DNA of 64,000 bases from Candidatus Woesearchaeota archaeon (GCA_043803105.1 JAZDKJ010000008.1:32001-96000), one strand, 5' to 3'; positions 1-9,447 are shown, numbered from the stretch's first letter. Translations and numbers: made by a program. The notes: generated from the sequence alone by a model not told the origin.

Positions 1-357
1 GATGAAGCAGAGAAGGTTTGCGACAGGATAACTGTAATGGACAAGGGAAAGATCATAGCGGATGGCACAAGCAGGGAGCTTAAGCGCATGATAACTAAAG
101 GTCATATAGTGGAAGTGGAGATAGACAATCCTGGCAAGGAAATAGTCAGAGAGCTGCAAAAACTTCCATTTGTTACGAGAGTCACTCAATCAGCAAGCAT
201 CATAAACCTGACAGTAAAAAACAAAGAGGGCGTATTCTACAAACTCAGCGATTACTTCTGCAGCAAGAAACAAAGAGTGGTTGAGATAAAATTCAAGGAG
301 CCAACACTGGAAGATGTATTCATACAACTAACGAGCAAAGAGCTAAGGGACAAATGA
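1..357 (+). CDS. ABC transporter ATP-binding subunit, C-terminal part (5' truncated by window edge)
   Basis: Frame is open from base 1 (DEAEKVCDRITVMDKGKIIADGT...EPTLEDVFIQLT), the typical C-terminus of ABC-2/DrrA-type ATPases; overlaps the permease start. Confidence 0.85.
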   Translation, partial: DEAEKVCDRITVMDKGKIIADGTSRELKRMITKGHIVEVEIDNPGKEIVRELQKLPFVTRVTQSASIINLTVKNKEGVFYKLSDYFCSKKQRVVEIKFKEPTLEDVFIQLTSKELRDK

Positions 358-1925
358 ATGATAGAAAAGAAAAATTCATAGACATCAAGAAGATAGGCGC
401 CATAATACAGAAGAATTTCATAGTACTTACAAGAGACAAGACAAGACTGGTGCCATTGGTTTTGTTTCCAGTATTCATGATACTTATTTTTGGATACACA
501 TCAGGCAATATTCCCAAGCACATCCCTGCTGCCATAGTGCCGTATGACTACTCAATATTATCCCAGCAGATACAGAAGCAGATACAAGGCAACCAGGTAT
601 TTTCGATTACCAGAACAGTGAGCAGTGAGGGGGAAGCACTGAAGCTCCTTGACAGCGGCAGCGTGAGGGTTATAATCGAGATTCCCGCCAACTTTGAGAG
701 AGACATAAACGCAGGAGTGCAGACTGCAATTACTGTAATTGTTGATGAGTCTGATTCTGCCATAGCGCAGACCTCAAGACAGACGGTGAACCAGATAGTA
801 ATGCAAGCCTCAGCCCAATTGAGTGCGCAAAAGGTGGCAGGATTCCAACAGTCAATAGACAAGGTAACCAGGCAAACTAGCTTTGCACAGAGCAGTGAGT
901 ACAGGCTAATAGCGGCGAACACACAACGAGCAGAAGCACAACTGGTTCAAGCCAGAAAAATAACCGAAGGACTTGGAATGAACCTAATCGACTCGCTTCA
1001 GCTGCCCTCGTTAAGGACTCTTTCGAGTGGCCAACTCAATATTAGCCAAGCCTTCCTTTCAGAACCGCCGGGATTCAGCAGCCAAAAGGCTCAGATACAC
1101 CTCATGCAAACAATAACAGGGCTAATAGCAAGCGCAGAGGCACAAGTGCAGTCAGCCGGCGCAGAGGCAGAGCAAGGCAGCCAAGAGCAACAACTGCTTG
1201 CGCAGGAGAGTGCGCGAAACGCTGCAGAAAGCAGCAAAGTGATAAGAGCTTTCACACAGTATGACACTAAAACCCTGTTAATGCCACTAACCTATACAGA
1301 AAAGCCAGCATATGGGACAGGCAAAAGAACAATAGACTTCCTGATACCTGCGATAATAGCGCTCACGATATTCCAGGGAGCAGTGTTTGGAATGGGAAGG
1401 GCTGTTGCAGGAGAAAAGAGAGATGGCTCACTAACCAGGGTGTTCCTCACACCAACCTCCACTGCTACCATCATCGCAGGAACACTGTCATTTTATGTGT
1501 TCTTCGAGATATTCAGGTCCCTATTCCTCATAGTGGTTTCAATGATGTTCTTTGGGATACACATAGAGGGGAGCTTGCTTGCCATTGGCCTGACCATCGT
1601 TATATACTCGACAGTTGCCACAGGAATAGGAATGATAATATCAAGCGTGGTAAGCACAGAGCAGCAGTACATGGCCCTCTCGATGCTCGTTACGTTACCG
1701 AGCATGTTCCTCGCTGGAGTGTTCTTCCCGCTGCAGGCAATGCCCAAAGTACTGCAAATAATCGCAGGGTTCCTGCCAATCACATACGCAGGAGAGGCGC
1801 TAAGGGGAGTAATGATAAAAGGGTTCTCTGTTGCGACTATAGCCTACCCACTTTTCATACTGCTTGTCTTCCTGGTTTTCGTCCTAACAATTTTGTTCAT
1901 CGTTTTCAAGAGGGATATTGAATGA
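354..1925 (+). CDS. ABC-2 type transporter permease with a large extracytoplasmic, Gln/Ala-rich helical insertion
   Basis: N-terminal TM helix, then a C-terminal multi-TM block containing EKRDGSLTRVFLTP and LAGVFFPLQAMP...LPITYA, both ABC-2 permease motifs. Confidence 0.9.
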   Translation: MNDRKEKFIDIKKIGAIIQKNFIVLTRDKTRLVPLVLFPVFMILIFGYTSGNIPKHIPAAIVPYDYSILSQQIQKQIQGNQVFSITRTVSSEGEALKLLDSGSVRVIIEIPANFERDINAGVQTAITVIVDESDSAIAQTSRQTVNQIVMQASAQLSAQKVAGFQQSIDKVTRQTSFAQSSEYRLIAANTQRAEAQLVQARKITEGLGMNLIDSLQLPSLRTLSSGQLNISQAFLSEPPGFSSQKAQIHLMQTITGLIASAEAQVQSAGAEAEQGSQEQQLLAQESARNAAESSKVIRAFTQYDTKTLLMPLTYTEKPAYGTGKRTIDFLIPAIIALTIFQGAVFGMGRAVAGEKRDGSLTRVFLTPTSTATIIAGTLSFYVFFEIFRSLFLIVVSMMFFGIHIEGSLLAIGLTIVIYSTVATGIGMIISSVVSTEQQYMALSMLVTLPSMFLAGVFFPLQAMPKVLQIIAGFLPITYAGEALRGVMIKGFSVATIAYPLFILLVFLVFVLTILFIVFKRDIE

Positions 1926-1941
1926 TAGGAGGCATGACAAA

Positions 1942-3144
1942 ATGAAAAAACAGTCAATCTTAGCTTGCTTTGCACTGATAATTCTGTTCAGCGCAACAGT
2001 ACAGGCACAGGTTAAGCCAAATGTGATAATATCAAGCTTTCAGGTCAAGCAAGGCAGGGCAGAAGTGGGAAAAGACTTTACCTTGGCACTATTGATGGTA
2101 AACACTGAGCCTTCAGCATGCGCAGCCTCAATAACCGTAAGTTTGCAGGCAGGATTCCCTTTCATAATGAACGGACTTTCCACAATACTTGTTGGAGACC
2201 TTTGCGACAGCTCACCAAAAGAGGTGGATTTCCCGATGAAGATAGACCCGAGCGCAACAGGAGGCTTCTACCAGATAACTGTAACAGCCAATTATGAGAC
2301 AACGAGCTTTGTGGCGCTGTCAAACTCACAGACTGTCAACTTCCTTGTGAACGGAAGCCCAAACATCAATTCCTACATAACAAACTCTATTCCGGTTAAG
2401 GTTTACCCTGGGGACAGCGCAAAAATCACTGTCACAGTGGAGAACGATGGGTCATTCGACGCACAATCAGTTAATGCAATGCTAACAAGCGACAATGAGA
2501 TTGAAGTATCTCCTCTAAACTCTCTTGGTGCAATAGGGTTGCTTCCTGCAAAGCAGAGCAAAAATGTTGACTTCACAGTGGACGTGCCGAAGAACGCAAA
2601 AGGCACGAGCTATCCACTGAACCTGAAGATAAGCTACCTGGATGAACAGCTAAACGAAAAGATGAAATTTTCAACCATTAACTTCCAGGTGCAAAAAAAA
2701 GCGATGTTCAATACAACCGAAACAGGATCACAGTCCCTGCACCCGAACGACAATTCACGGACAGTAAAACTCCTCATCACCAATAAGGGGACAGACAGTG
2801 CACACAGGATACAGGCAAAACTCATACCTCAGTTCCCGTTATCCACAGACGGGAGCACGCGCTATATCGATCAGTTAAATCCTGGTGAGAGCTCAAGCGC
2901 AGAATTCATTGTCAACGTTGACAAGGATGGCACAGCAGGAACCTACGGACTTGACATGCTGCTTGATTATGAGGACAACCAGGGAAAAAGCATGCAAGAC
3001 ACAGCAACAGTCTCGATCACTGTGCAGCCAAAGGGATTAATTAGGACAGTATTCATAAATTTCTGGTACCTGTGGGCTATTGCAATAATCCTTGCCGGAA
3101 TAGTATTCCTAAGAAAGTCAAGGCAGCAGAAAAAGAAGAAATAA
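1942..3144 (+). CDS. Secreted, C-terminally anchored tandem Ig-like (COG1361/CARDB-like S-layer-domain) protein
   Basis: Signal peptide, three beta-sandwich-like repeats (e.g. VYPGDSAKITVTVENDG, LNPGESSSAEF), C-terminal TM helix and Lys tail. Start moved to ATG 1942, downstream of GGAGG. Confidence 0.75.
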   Translation: MKKQSILACFALIILFSATVQAQVKPNVIISSFQVKQGRAEVGKDFTLALLMVNTEPSACAASITVSLQAGFPFIMNGLSTILVGDLCDSSPKEVDFPMKIDPSATGGFYQITVTANYETTSFVALSNSQTVNFLVNGSPNINSYITNSIPVKVYPGDSAKITVTVENDGSFDAQSVNAMLTSDNEIEVSPLNSLGAIGLLPAKQSKNVDFTVDVPKNAKGTSYPLNLKISYLDEQLNEKMKFSTINFQVQKKAMFNTTETGSQSLHPNDNSRTVKLLITNKGTDSAHRIQAKLIPQFPLSTDGSTRYIDQLNPGESSSAEFIVNVDKDGTAGTYGLDMLLDYEDNQGKSMQDTATVSITVQPKGLIRTVFINFWYLWAIAIILAGIVFLRKSRQQKKKK

Positions 3145-3145
3145 C

Positions 3146-3577
3146 TCAAAGTCCCTTGGACTTCATGTAATATTTAAGGAAGTCGCCAACGCCAGCCAGA
3201 AGGTCCTGCTTTAAGGCTTCTGCAGGATGCAACAACAGGTGAGCTTGAATCTTGTGGTCATTCTTGTCAAGCTTGCCAGCAATGTATTTGCAGACAAAAC
3301 AGAAAACGAGGGTGTGCTGGTAATATGTGGAATAGTCCCAGCTCTGCTGGATTGAAATAGGAAGCATTGACTTAACCTCGACAGTCAAGCCAGTCTCCTC
3401 CAATATCTCCCTCTTGACTGTAACATCAAGAGACTCCCCGGGCTCGTTCCTGCCACCAGGAAGCTCCCACTTGAGGTGAGCCTTGGGATTAATTGGCTCA
3501 TACCTCTGGGACAACAAAATCCTGCCGTCAGGAAATTCAACAATGCCAATAGCAACTACCTTAGTCTTCCACTCCAT
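3146..3577 (-). CDS. NUDIX hydrolase (MutT-like)
   Basis: Nudix box WELPGGRNEPGESLDVTVKREILEETGL. Confidence 0.92.
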   Translation of the reverse strand: MEWKTKVVAIGIVEFPDGRILLSQRYEPINPKAHLKWELPGGRNEPGESLDVTVKREILEETGLTVEVKSMLPISIQQSWDYSTYYQHTLVFCFVCKYIAGKLDKNDHKIQAHLLLHPAEALKQDLLAGVGDFLKYYMKSKGL

Positions 3578-3688
3578 GAACAGATGTTTGGAAAAGCAGC
3601 TAATAAAACTTTGCTATAAGTTAGATAAACATGCTTTTAAGCATTTATTCAAGGATATTTTTATAAGAACAAGAGACTTCCTTAGGTC

Positions 3689-4534
3689 ATGAGCCAGGTG
3701 CAGATTAAGAAACCACTGTTCGGAAAAGAGGTAGGAATAACAATATATGATGTAGACGAAAATCTGGCATACGGAGCGATCGAAGAGGCATACAATGAAG
3801 GGCTAAGGCTCTCAAAAATCTTCAACCCCTTTGATTCGGCAAGCGAGCTAACCAAACTCAACAAGGAAAGAGAGAAGAAGGTCTCAGCAGAGCTATTCTA
3901 CGTGATAGAGTCAGCATTAAAGATATGCGAACTGACAGACGGGGCTTATGACATAAGCTTAGGAAAATTGATTGAGCAAAGGAAGAAAAGCCTCAAGGAA
4001 GCAGAGCCTAAATGCTCATTTAGGGATATTAAGATCAGCGGAAATAAAGTAATATTGACTCATTCAGAGGCAATGATTGACCTAGGGAGTATTGCCAAGG
4101 GTTATATTGGAGATAGGATGGCAGAGAAGCTGCAAAAACAAGGCATAAAATCAGGGCTCATCGACGCGCGCGGAGACATAAGGGTTTTCGGAGAAGCAAG
4201 AATAATAAGGATACAACACCCAAGAGAGATGCAGAAAACAATTGGCTCAATTAAGCTTGCCAACAACTCTGTAGCCACTTCAGGCGATTACAGGCAATAT
4301 TATGGGAGCTTTGAGAATTGCCATATAGTCAACAGGAGTGATGCAATATCAGTTACTGCAATTGCAAAGGAGCTCATGTGGGCTGACGGATTTGCCACAG
4401 CGCTTTTTGTGCTGGGCAAGGAATCAAGGGAAGATTTATTAGAAAGAAAAAACACCGTCAGGGCAATGGTAATGGACAATAAGCTAAGGATAGAGAATTA
4501 CAACGGATTTGAGAAATACATGATTGAAGGATGA
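3689..4534 (+). CDS. apbE: FAD:protein FMN transferase (ApbE family), no signal peptide
   Basis: SELTKLN, TDGAYDIS, IDLGSIAKGY, GDIR, VATSGDY and ADGFATALFV motifs. Confidence 0.92.
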   Translation: MSQVQIKKPLFGKEVGITIYDVDENLAYGAIEEAYNEGLRLSKIFNPFDSASELTKLNKEREKKVSAELFYVIESALKICELTDGAYDISLGKLIEQRKKSLKEAEPKCSFRDIKISGNKVILTHSEAMIDLGSIAKGYIGDRMAEKLQKQGIKSGLIDARGDIRVFGEARIIRIQHPREMQKTIGSIKLANNSVATSGDYRQYYGSFENCHIVNRSDAISVTAIAKELMWADGFATALFVLGKESREDLLERKNTVRAMVMDNKLRIENYNGFEKYMIEG

Positions 4535-5844
4535 ATACAAAAAAAATCCTTGGATGGGCAATGCTTGCATTGATAGCAGTAGTACCAGGAATATTATGGT
4601 ATTTTCTCAAGCCAAGCAGCACACTGACAGGGTATGCCTTACTCACGCAAAGCCTTGGGCAACTTGCAGCGCTAACTGGAGTCACGCTTTTTGCACTAAG
4701 CTTTGTACTCTCCACAAGGATGGTATGGATCGAGGACCTTTTCGGAGGACTGGACAAGGTATACGTTGTACATGCAATGGTCGGAGCAACCGCTCTTGTT
4801 CTTCTGCTGTTTCACCCGATACTCCTTGTCCTAAAATATTTTCCTGGACGGTCAGAGACTGCGGCACAGTACCTCTTGCCTGGCTCGCACTGGTCTGTCA
4901 ATTTTGGCATAATAGCACTCACTCTTCTAATCGCGCTTATCTATGTAACCCTTTATACAAAAATCAAGTACAACAAATGGAAGAACACACACACATTCCT
5001 CGGCGCGGTATTCATAATAGCAGTACTGCACATCTTCCTGGTAAGGGGAGATGCATCGAGAGACAGTATCTTCACAGGCTATTACGCGTTTGCCGCAATA
5101 GTCTCTCTCATAGGAATCTCAAGCTTCTCTTACACTTTGCTAATTAAGAAAAGCGGATTACATGAGGCAATATTCACTGTGCAAAAGATAGAAAAGAAAA
5201 AACAAGGAGTCTATGAGATCGGGCTAAAGCCGAAACACAAGCCAATAAGGTATAAATCAGGGCAATTTGTGTTCTTGAGGTTTTACAATGAGGCATTGAC
5301 CACAGAGGCACACCCGTTCTCAATAATATCAAAGAGCAACGAGCCAGAGGTCAAGGTCATAATCAAGGATTTGGGAGACTTCACAAACAAGATAGAGAGG
5401 CTCAAGGTTGAAGATGAGGTTGCAATAGAAGGGCCATATGGCAGATTCAACTACAACAAAAGGTTTAGCTGCGACCAAGTCTGGATTGCTGGTGGGATAG
5501 GCATAACACCATTCATTGGCATGGCAGCAGACTTTGCTGAAATGCGGCAGACTTGCACGATAGACCTTTATCACACAGTGAGGAATAAAGAGGACCTGAT
5601 AGCATTCGATTACCTGAAATCACTTGAAAAAGAGACCAAGCGAAAGTTCAGAATTATCCCCTGGATAAGCAGCGAATCAGGGCATATAGATGCAAAGGTA
5701 ATAGCGCAGTACAGCAAAGAGCTGAAGCACAAGGAAATATTCATATGCGGGCCAAAGGGCTTTAAGGCAGCGTTTACAAAAGGGCTTGCAGAAATGGGTG
5801 TACCGAAAACCAGGATACACCAGGAGGAGTTCAGTTTCAGATGA
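4531..5844 (+). CDS. Ferric-reductase-like transmembrane heme domain fused to an FAD/NAD(P)H-binding FNR domain
   Basis: Six TM helices with His pairs; GQFVFL, HPFS, IEGPYG, IAGGIGITPF, ICGP and terminal EEF motifs. Confidence 0.92.
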   Translation: MNTKKILGWAMLALIAVVPGILWYFLKPSSTLTGYALLTQSLGQLAALTGVTLFALSFVLSTRMVWIEDLFGGLDKVYVVHAMVGATALVLLLFHPILLVLKYFPGRSETAAQYLLPGSHWSVNFGIIALTLLIALIYVTLYTKIKYNKWKNTHTFLGAVFIIAVLHIFLVRGDASRDSIFTGYYAFAAIVSLIGISSFSYTLLIKKSGLHEAIFTVQKIEKKKQGVYEIGLKPKHKPIRYKSGQFVFLRFYNEALTTEAHPFSIISKSNEPEVKVIIKDLGDFTNKIERLKVEDEVAIEGPYGRFNYNKRFSCDQVWIAGGIGITPFIGMAADFAEMRQTCTIDLYHTVRNKEDLIAFDYLKSLEKETKRKFRIIPWISSESGHIDAKVIAQYSKELKHKEIFICGPKGFKAAFTKGLAEMGVPKTRIHQEEFSFR

Positions 5845-6383
5845 ACCTCAAGGCTTTTGTGGCAATACCATTGGCTGCAGGCATCTTTGTTGCAGGAACC
5901 ATAGTGCTTTTCGGGCTGTTCAACAACAGCACAATCATCTTTCCTGCACTCTACTTCTTGTTGTGCCTCGCCTTGCTTTCTTTGGCGCTTATGATGTCAA
6001 GAGAGATGTTCACTGACAAAAGCGACCTGTTGTTTTCATTCTGGATAGGAATATTAGTGTGCGCTTCTGCTGCTTTAAGCGCAACGAGCATAAGGGCTTA
6101 TGTACAGAGTTCTACAGAAAATCCTGGACAGCAAATAAGCCTAGACCTGGACACAATCTCTAAGACAAACGATTATTACCAACAATACATGACCTATTTA
6201 CAGAAGCAGATACAATCCTATCAAGAAAGATCAACAAGTCTGCAGGCGCAAATCAACCAAAAAATCAAGGAGATAAATACAACACAAGTGGTACAGGTGA
6301 TACAACCAGCGCAGATCGTGCAGCAGCCGATTGTTCGGCCACCCAGAATCGAGCGGGAGCGCGAAAGTGAGGAAGATGACTAA
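5841..6383 (+). CDS. Hypothetical membrane protein (3 TM, coiled coil, acidic tail)
   Basis: ATGA overlap with the upstream gene; hydrophobic N-terminal half, Gln-rich coiled coil, ends ERESEEDD. Confidence 0.7.
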   Translation: MNLKAFVAIPLAAGIFVAGTIVLFGLFNNSTIIFPALYFLLCLALLSLALMMSREMFTDKSDLLFSFWIGILVCASAALSATSIRAYVQSSTENPGQQISLDLDTISKTNDYYQQYMTYLQKQIQSYQERSTSLQAQINQKIKEINTTQVVQVIQPAQIVQQPIVRPPRIERERESEEDD

Positions 6384-6747
6384 TGCGATAAAAGCGTTCA
6401 TTGCAGTTATCAGCATTTTACTTGCTGCTCTGCTAATTCTGGCAGCAATCTACTTTGCAAGCCTGCAGAATGCAAGAGAGCTAAACCTAAGGCCTTATTA
6501 TGCAAGAAGAGAAGAGCTGCTCGCAATGCAGGAAAGGCTCAATTCAATGATAGCTGAACTCAATGGCACTCTGCAAAGGGAGGCGGCACTGAATAGCAAG
6601 CTCGGCGAGACATTCAAGAATCTGACCAATCGCCCAAATGCTGCAAGCAATCCTGTAATAACGCCGCAACAAATGGTAACACAGCCACCTTTGATAACGC
6701 AACCTTCGCGGCCTGTGAGCCAACCGGTGGTCACAAGGGCATCATAA
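6376..6747 (+). CDS. Hypothetical single-TM protein with coiled coil, Pro/Gln linker and C-terminal VVTRAS
   Basis: Start reassigned to ATG 6376, which overlaps the upstream stop; last gene of the ApbE operon. Confidence 0.7.
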   Translation: MTNAIKAFIAVISILLAALLILAAIYFASLQNARELNLRPYYARREELLAMQERLNSMIAELNGTLQREAALNSKLGETFKNLTNRPNAASNPVITPQQMVTQPPLITQPSRPVSQPVVTRAS

Positions 6748-6776
6748 GAACAGTCATTTCATGTTTGGGAAAAGAC

Positions 6777-7457
6777 TTAACTGACCTTTTTTTGTACAGG
6801 AATGTTATAACCTGGGACAGGCATGATAACAAATGTCTTATGGAATTTGCTTGCCGGAGAAAACATTGCTGGGCCGTCCGTAATCTGGTAACATTCGTCA
6901 GCTATCTTCTCAAATTTTGACTGCTCGAATATACGACAAAAGCCATAACTTTTATGTCCCTCTTTGATATGAGTGCGGTCATAATCAATAGGAAGAATGT
7001 TGAAGGCCCTAATTGATTCTTCACGCCTTTGAGGATCTGGCTGGAAATAAACCAAGAACTGACGATTTTCCTGAAACTGCAATACGTTAAATGCCAGTAG
7101 GTTAATCCCGATCATATTATCCCTCTGCTTATCGCTATATTGCTTGAGGCTTTTGTATTTCCTTGCATGGGCACTTCGCCCCAGTGGCTTGAAAAAAGTC
7201 TTGCCATCATTATATAAAATGCTGCTTGTGAAAATACCTTTTGAAAAATTTGAATTTAGAATATCAAAATACTCACTTTCAGTCATTGGCTGATTATGGA
7301 GAATCAAATGAATTGTTTTCTTTTGTGCATCAATATCAGGCTTTTGCTCCAAGAGAAGACGCTCAAGGTTAGACTTCAGAACATTGTAGCAGCCAGATTG
7401 CTCCAGCCGAGCAAGAACAAAATCAGCCATCCTTTGCTTTGCTTCCTTGTTTACCAT
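6777..7457 (-). CDS. Hypothetical protein (paralogue of 7523-8119)
   Basis: 226-aa ORF; shares an N-terminal pattern and an LV(Y/F)(F/Y)QP motif with its neighbour. Confidence 0.7.
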   Translation of the reverse strand: MVNKEAKQRMADFVLARLEQSGCYNVLKSNLERLLLEQKPDIDAQKKTIHLILHNQPMTESEYFDILNSNFSKGIFTSSILYNDGKTFFKPLGRSAHARKYKSLKQYSDKQRDNMIGINLLAFNVLQFQENRQFLVYFQPDPQRREESIRAFNILPIDYDRTHIKEGHKSYGFCRIFEQSKFEKIADECYQITDGPAMFSPASKFHKTFVIMPVPGYNIPVQKKVS

Positions 7458-7522
7458 CCTGAATTATGGCAAAACTTCTGGTATATAAATCTTTTGTTTT
7501 TGTTATCACTTATTAGTGACTA

Positions 7523-8119
7523 TTATTTCTCTTGCTGGGTGGCTGGCAGAATAATTGCTGGGCCTTTACCTTTAGCCAAGACATCAATCTTAGCAGGCTG
7601 AGCTGCATCAATCTCGAACCTCTTGGCAGGTCGGTCAAGGTAAACCCTGAAAAGCTGGTCTGCGTTAAGTCCATACGGACCATCTCCATAGCGCGTCGAT
7701 GATTCTTGAACATTCACATCAGAAAATTGATACCCAACCAAACATGCAGGGCTTGATTGAGTTTGCGGTTGGTAAAAGACCAGGGTGTTGAATGGCCTCT
7801 GCTGAGAAAGCACCATCCTTTCGATATCACTTGTTTTCCATGTATCTCCTTTCCTTGCACATTTCTTAACATCTTCCTTGAAGATTATATGGCCTGAAAT
7901 GTAACCGTCTGAAGCCAATCTGGCGTGCAGTTCCTTGTTTTCTTGCAGCCCATAGACTGACGGCAGAAGATGCAAGGCAACTAGTGTGCTTGCCTGAGCA
8001 CCTTTCGGTCGCGCGATGATAAAATCAGGGTGCATTTCAATGATTTGGCACAGTTTTGACTCTTTAATCCTACCTACAATAAAATGACACATTTCCGTTT
8101 TTTGTTGTGGAGTTATCAT
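7523..8119 (-). CDS. Hypothetical protein (paralogue of 6777-7457)
   Basis: 198-aa ORF; see the neighbouring gene. Confidence 0.65.
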   Translation of the reverse strand: MITPQQKTEMCHFIVGRIKESKLCQIIEMHPDFIIARPKGAQASTLVALHLLPSVYGLQENKELHARLASDGYISGHIIFKEDVKKCARKGDTWKTSDIERMVLSQQRPFNTLVFYQPQTQSSPACLVGYQFSDVNVQESSTRYGDGPYGLNADQLFRVYLDRPAKRFEIDAAQPAKIDVLAKGKGPAIILPATQQEK

Positions 8120-8163
8120 AAGGGAGAAAAATCACTGAGATTTTTTAAAGCTTTAGGAAAAAA

Positions 8164-8541
8164 TCAGATCAAGACTGCGTTAACAGTGCCGTCCTGGCCT
8201 GGCCGTGATGTTATTCTTGCCTTGCCCAGGTCTGTATCAACGATGGTGCCTTTGGTGAGGATATTTCTCCTGACAAAATGCCTATTTGCCGGATTTTCCA
8301 GGACAGTCTTTATTTTGGCAACCTTGGATTTCTTATCTTTGCTGTCGAAAACATGAATGGTATTGGCGTACAATGTGCGGACTTTGCGATTGCCCCCTAA
8401 GGTGCGAATGACCTTGGTCTTATTATCATCAAGCCTTGTGTTTGTAGGCACGCGGCCCATGTCTATCTTTCTCTTCTTGCGAAAATCCTTATATTTTGCG
8501 CCAGTTTGCTTCTGCGATGATTTGTATTGGCTGATAACCAT
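8164..8541 (-). CDS. rps8e: 30S ribosomal protein S8e
   Basis: RTLGGNRKVR, ENPANRHFVRRNILTKG and ARITSRPGQDGTVNAVLI. Confidence 0.97.
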   Translation of the reverse strand: MVISQYKSSQKQTGAKYKDFRKKRKIDMGRVPTNTRLDDNKTKVIRTLGGNRKVRTLYANTIHVFDSKDKKSKVAKIKTVLENPANRHFVRRNILTKGTIVDTDLGKARITSRPGQDGTVNAVLI

Positions 8542-8634
8542 GATATCCAGGAATAATAAACGGTTTATAAAACTTTAGGTTTGCAGAGGAAAAAGCATAG
8601 ATTTAAATAGAATACTCGAATCCAAGGATTTACC

Positions 8635-8859
8635 ATGGAAGCAGCAAGACCGCTGGACGCACTCAACAAAGCACGAGACAAAAGAGTGATTGTCGAGCTC
8701 AAAAACGGCAAGCAGTTCGCAGGAATTCTAAGGGCTTTTGACATCCACATCAACGTTGTACTTGAAAACTGTGAAGAGAGGGCAAACGGCGAAGTAACAA
8801 GAAAAATCGGGGTTGCCTTTGTCAGGGGCGACACAATAACAGTTATTTCTCCAGAATAA
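8635..8859 (+). CDS. Sm-like (LSm/SmAP1) RNA-binding protein
   Basis: RPLDAL...[14 protein letters not shown]...VRGD Sm1/Sm2 motifs; conserved adjacency to rpl37e. Confidence 0.95.
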   Translation: MEAARPLDALNKARDKRVIVELKNGKQFAGILRAFDIHINVVLENCEERANGEVTRKIGVAFVRGDTITVISPE

Positions 8860-8860
8860 A

Positions 8861-9031
8861 ATGGGAACTGGGACTGCTTCTCTAGGAAAGAAATCAGGCA
8901 AAAAGACCCATATAATCTGCAGGCGCTGCGGAAAGAGAACATACCACGTCAGCAAGAAACAATGCTCGAGCTGCGGGTTTGGCAAATCAAAAAAGCTTCG
9001 TTCTTACAGTTGGAAAAAAGCAAGGAAATAG
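8861..9031 (+). CDS. rpl37e: 50S ribosomal protein L37e (56 aa, not in ORF track)
   Basis: Hand translation [56 protein letters not shown]. Confidence 0.95.
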   Translation: MGTGTASLGKKSGKKTHIICRRCGKRTYHVSKKQCSSCGFGKSKKLRSYSWKKARK

Positions 9032-9060
9032 GCTAGTTTCTAGGACATATTTTAGCAATG

Positions 9061-9068
9061 TTTAAATA
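9061..9068 (+). promoter_or_regulatory. Probable TATA box for the tRNA transcript
   Basis: TTTAAATA ~70 bp upstream of the tRNA 5' end. Confidence 0.45.
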
Positions 9069-9136
9069 AGAATTTGAAACACTTTACGTACATAGTGCGA
9101 GCAAATGAGACGCGGTCTGAAAGCTCGCAAACCTTT

Positions 9137-9279
9137 GCGAGGATGCCGGAGTGGCCAAACGGGACAGATTGTTCTACAACAGTAGAAAAGTCAAAGCTTA
9201 GGTCGCCAGGTTGGCAGCAACTGGGTGAAAGACACCTGTTAGCTTAGTGCTTGCGTGGGTTCGAATCCTACTCCTCGCA
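9137..9279 (+). tRNA. tRNA-Leu(UAG) with two introns (9168-9195 at position 30/31; 9203-9233 at canonical 37/38)
   Basis: Acceptor stem GCGAGGA/TCCTCGC plus discriminator A, D-arm CCG...CGG, long variable arm, T-arm GTGGG-TTCGAAT-CCTAC. Removing both introns gives anticodon stem ACAGG/CCTGT with loop CT-TAG-GA. Both introns form hairpins with relaxed BHB/BHL junctions. Confidence 0.85.
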
Positions 9280-9447
9280 TTATTCAAAAGATGCTCAGCG
9301 TTTTTTCTTCAATTAAGAAATGACAGAATTTGAAAAAAAGAAATGGGTTCGCATAACCAGGTATTGCGATTGCCTGAAATGTCAGAAATTGTTATAGAAT
9401 TTTTGACAGTTCAAAAGGGATTTGAGAATCCCTGGCCCGGCGCAAAA

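Noticed and set aside
4524-5147. 207-aa alternative-frame ORF and the many antisense ORFs in the track (e.g. 39869-40735, 37051-37599)
   Set aside because: They are shadows of well-supported genes and carry no motifs.
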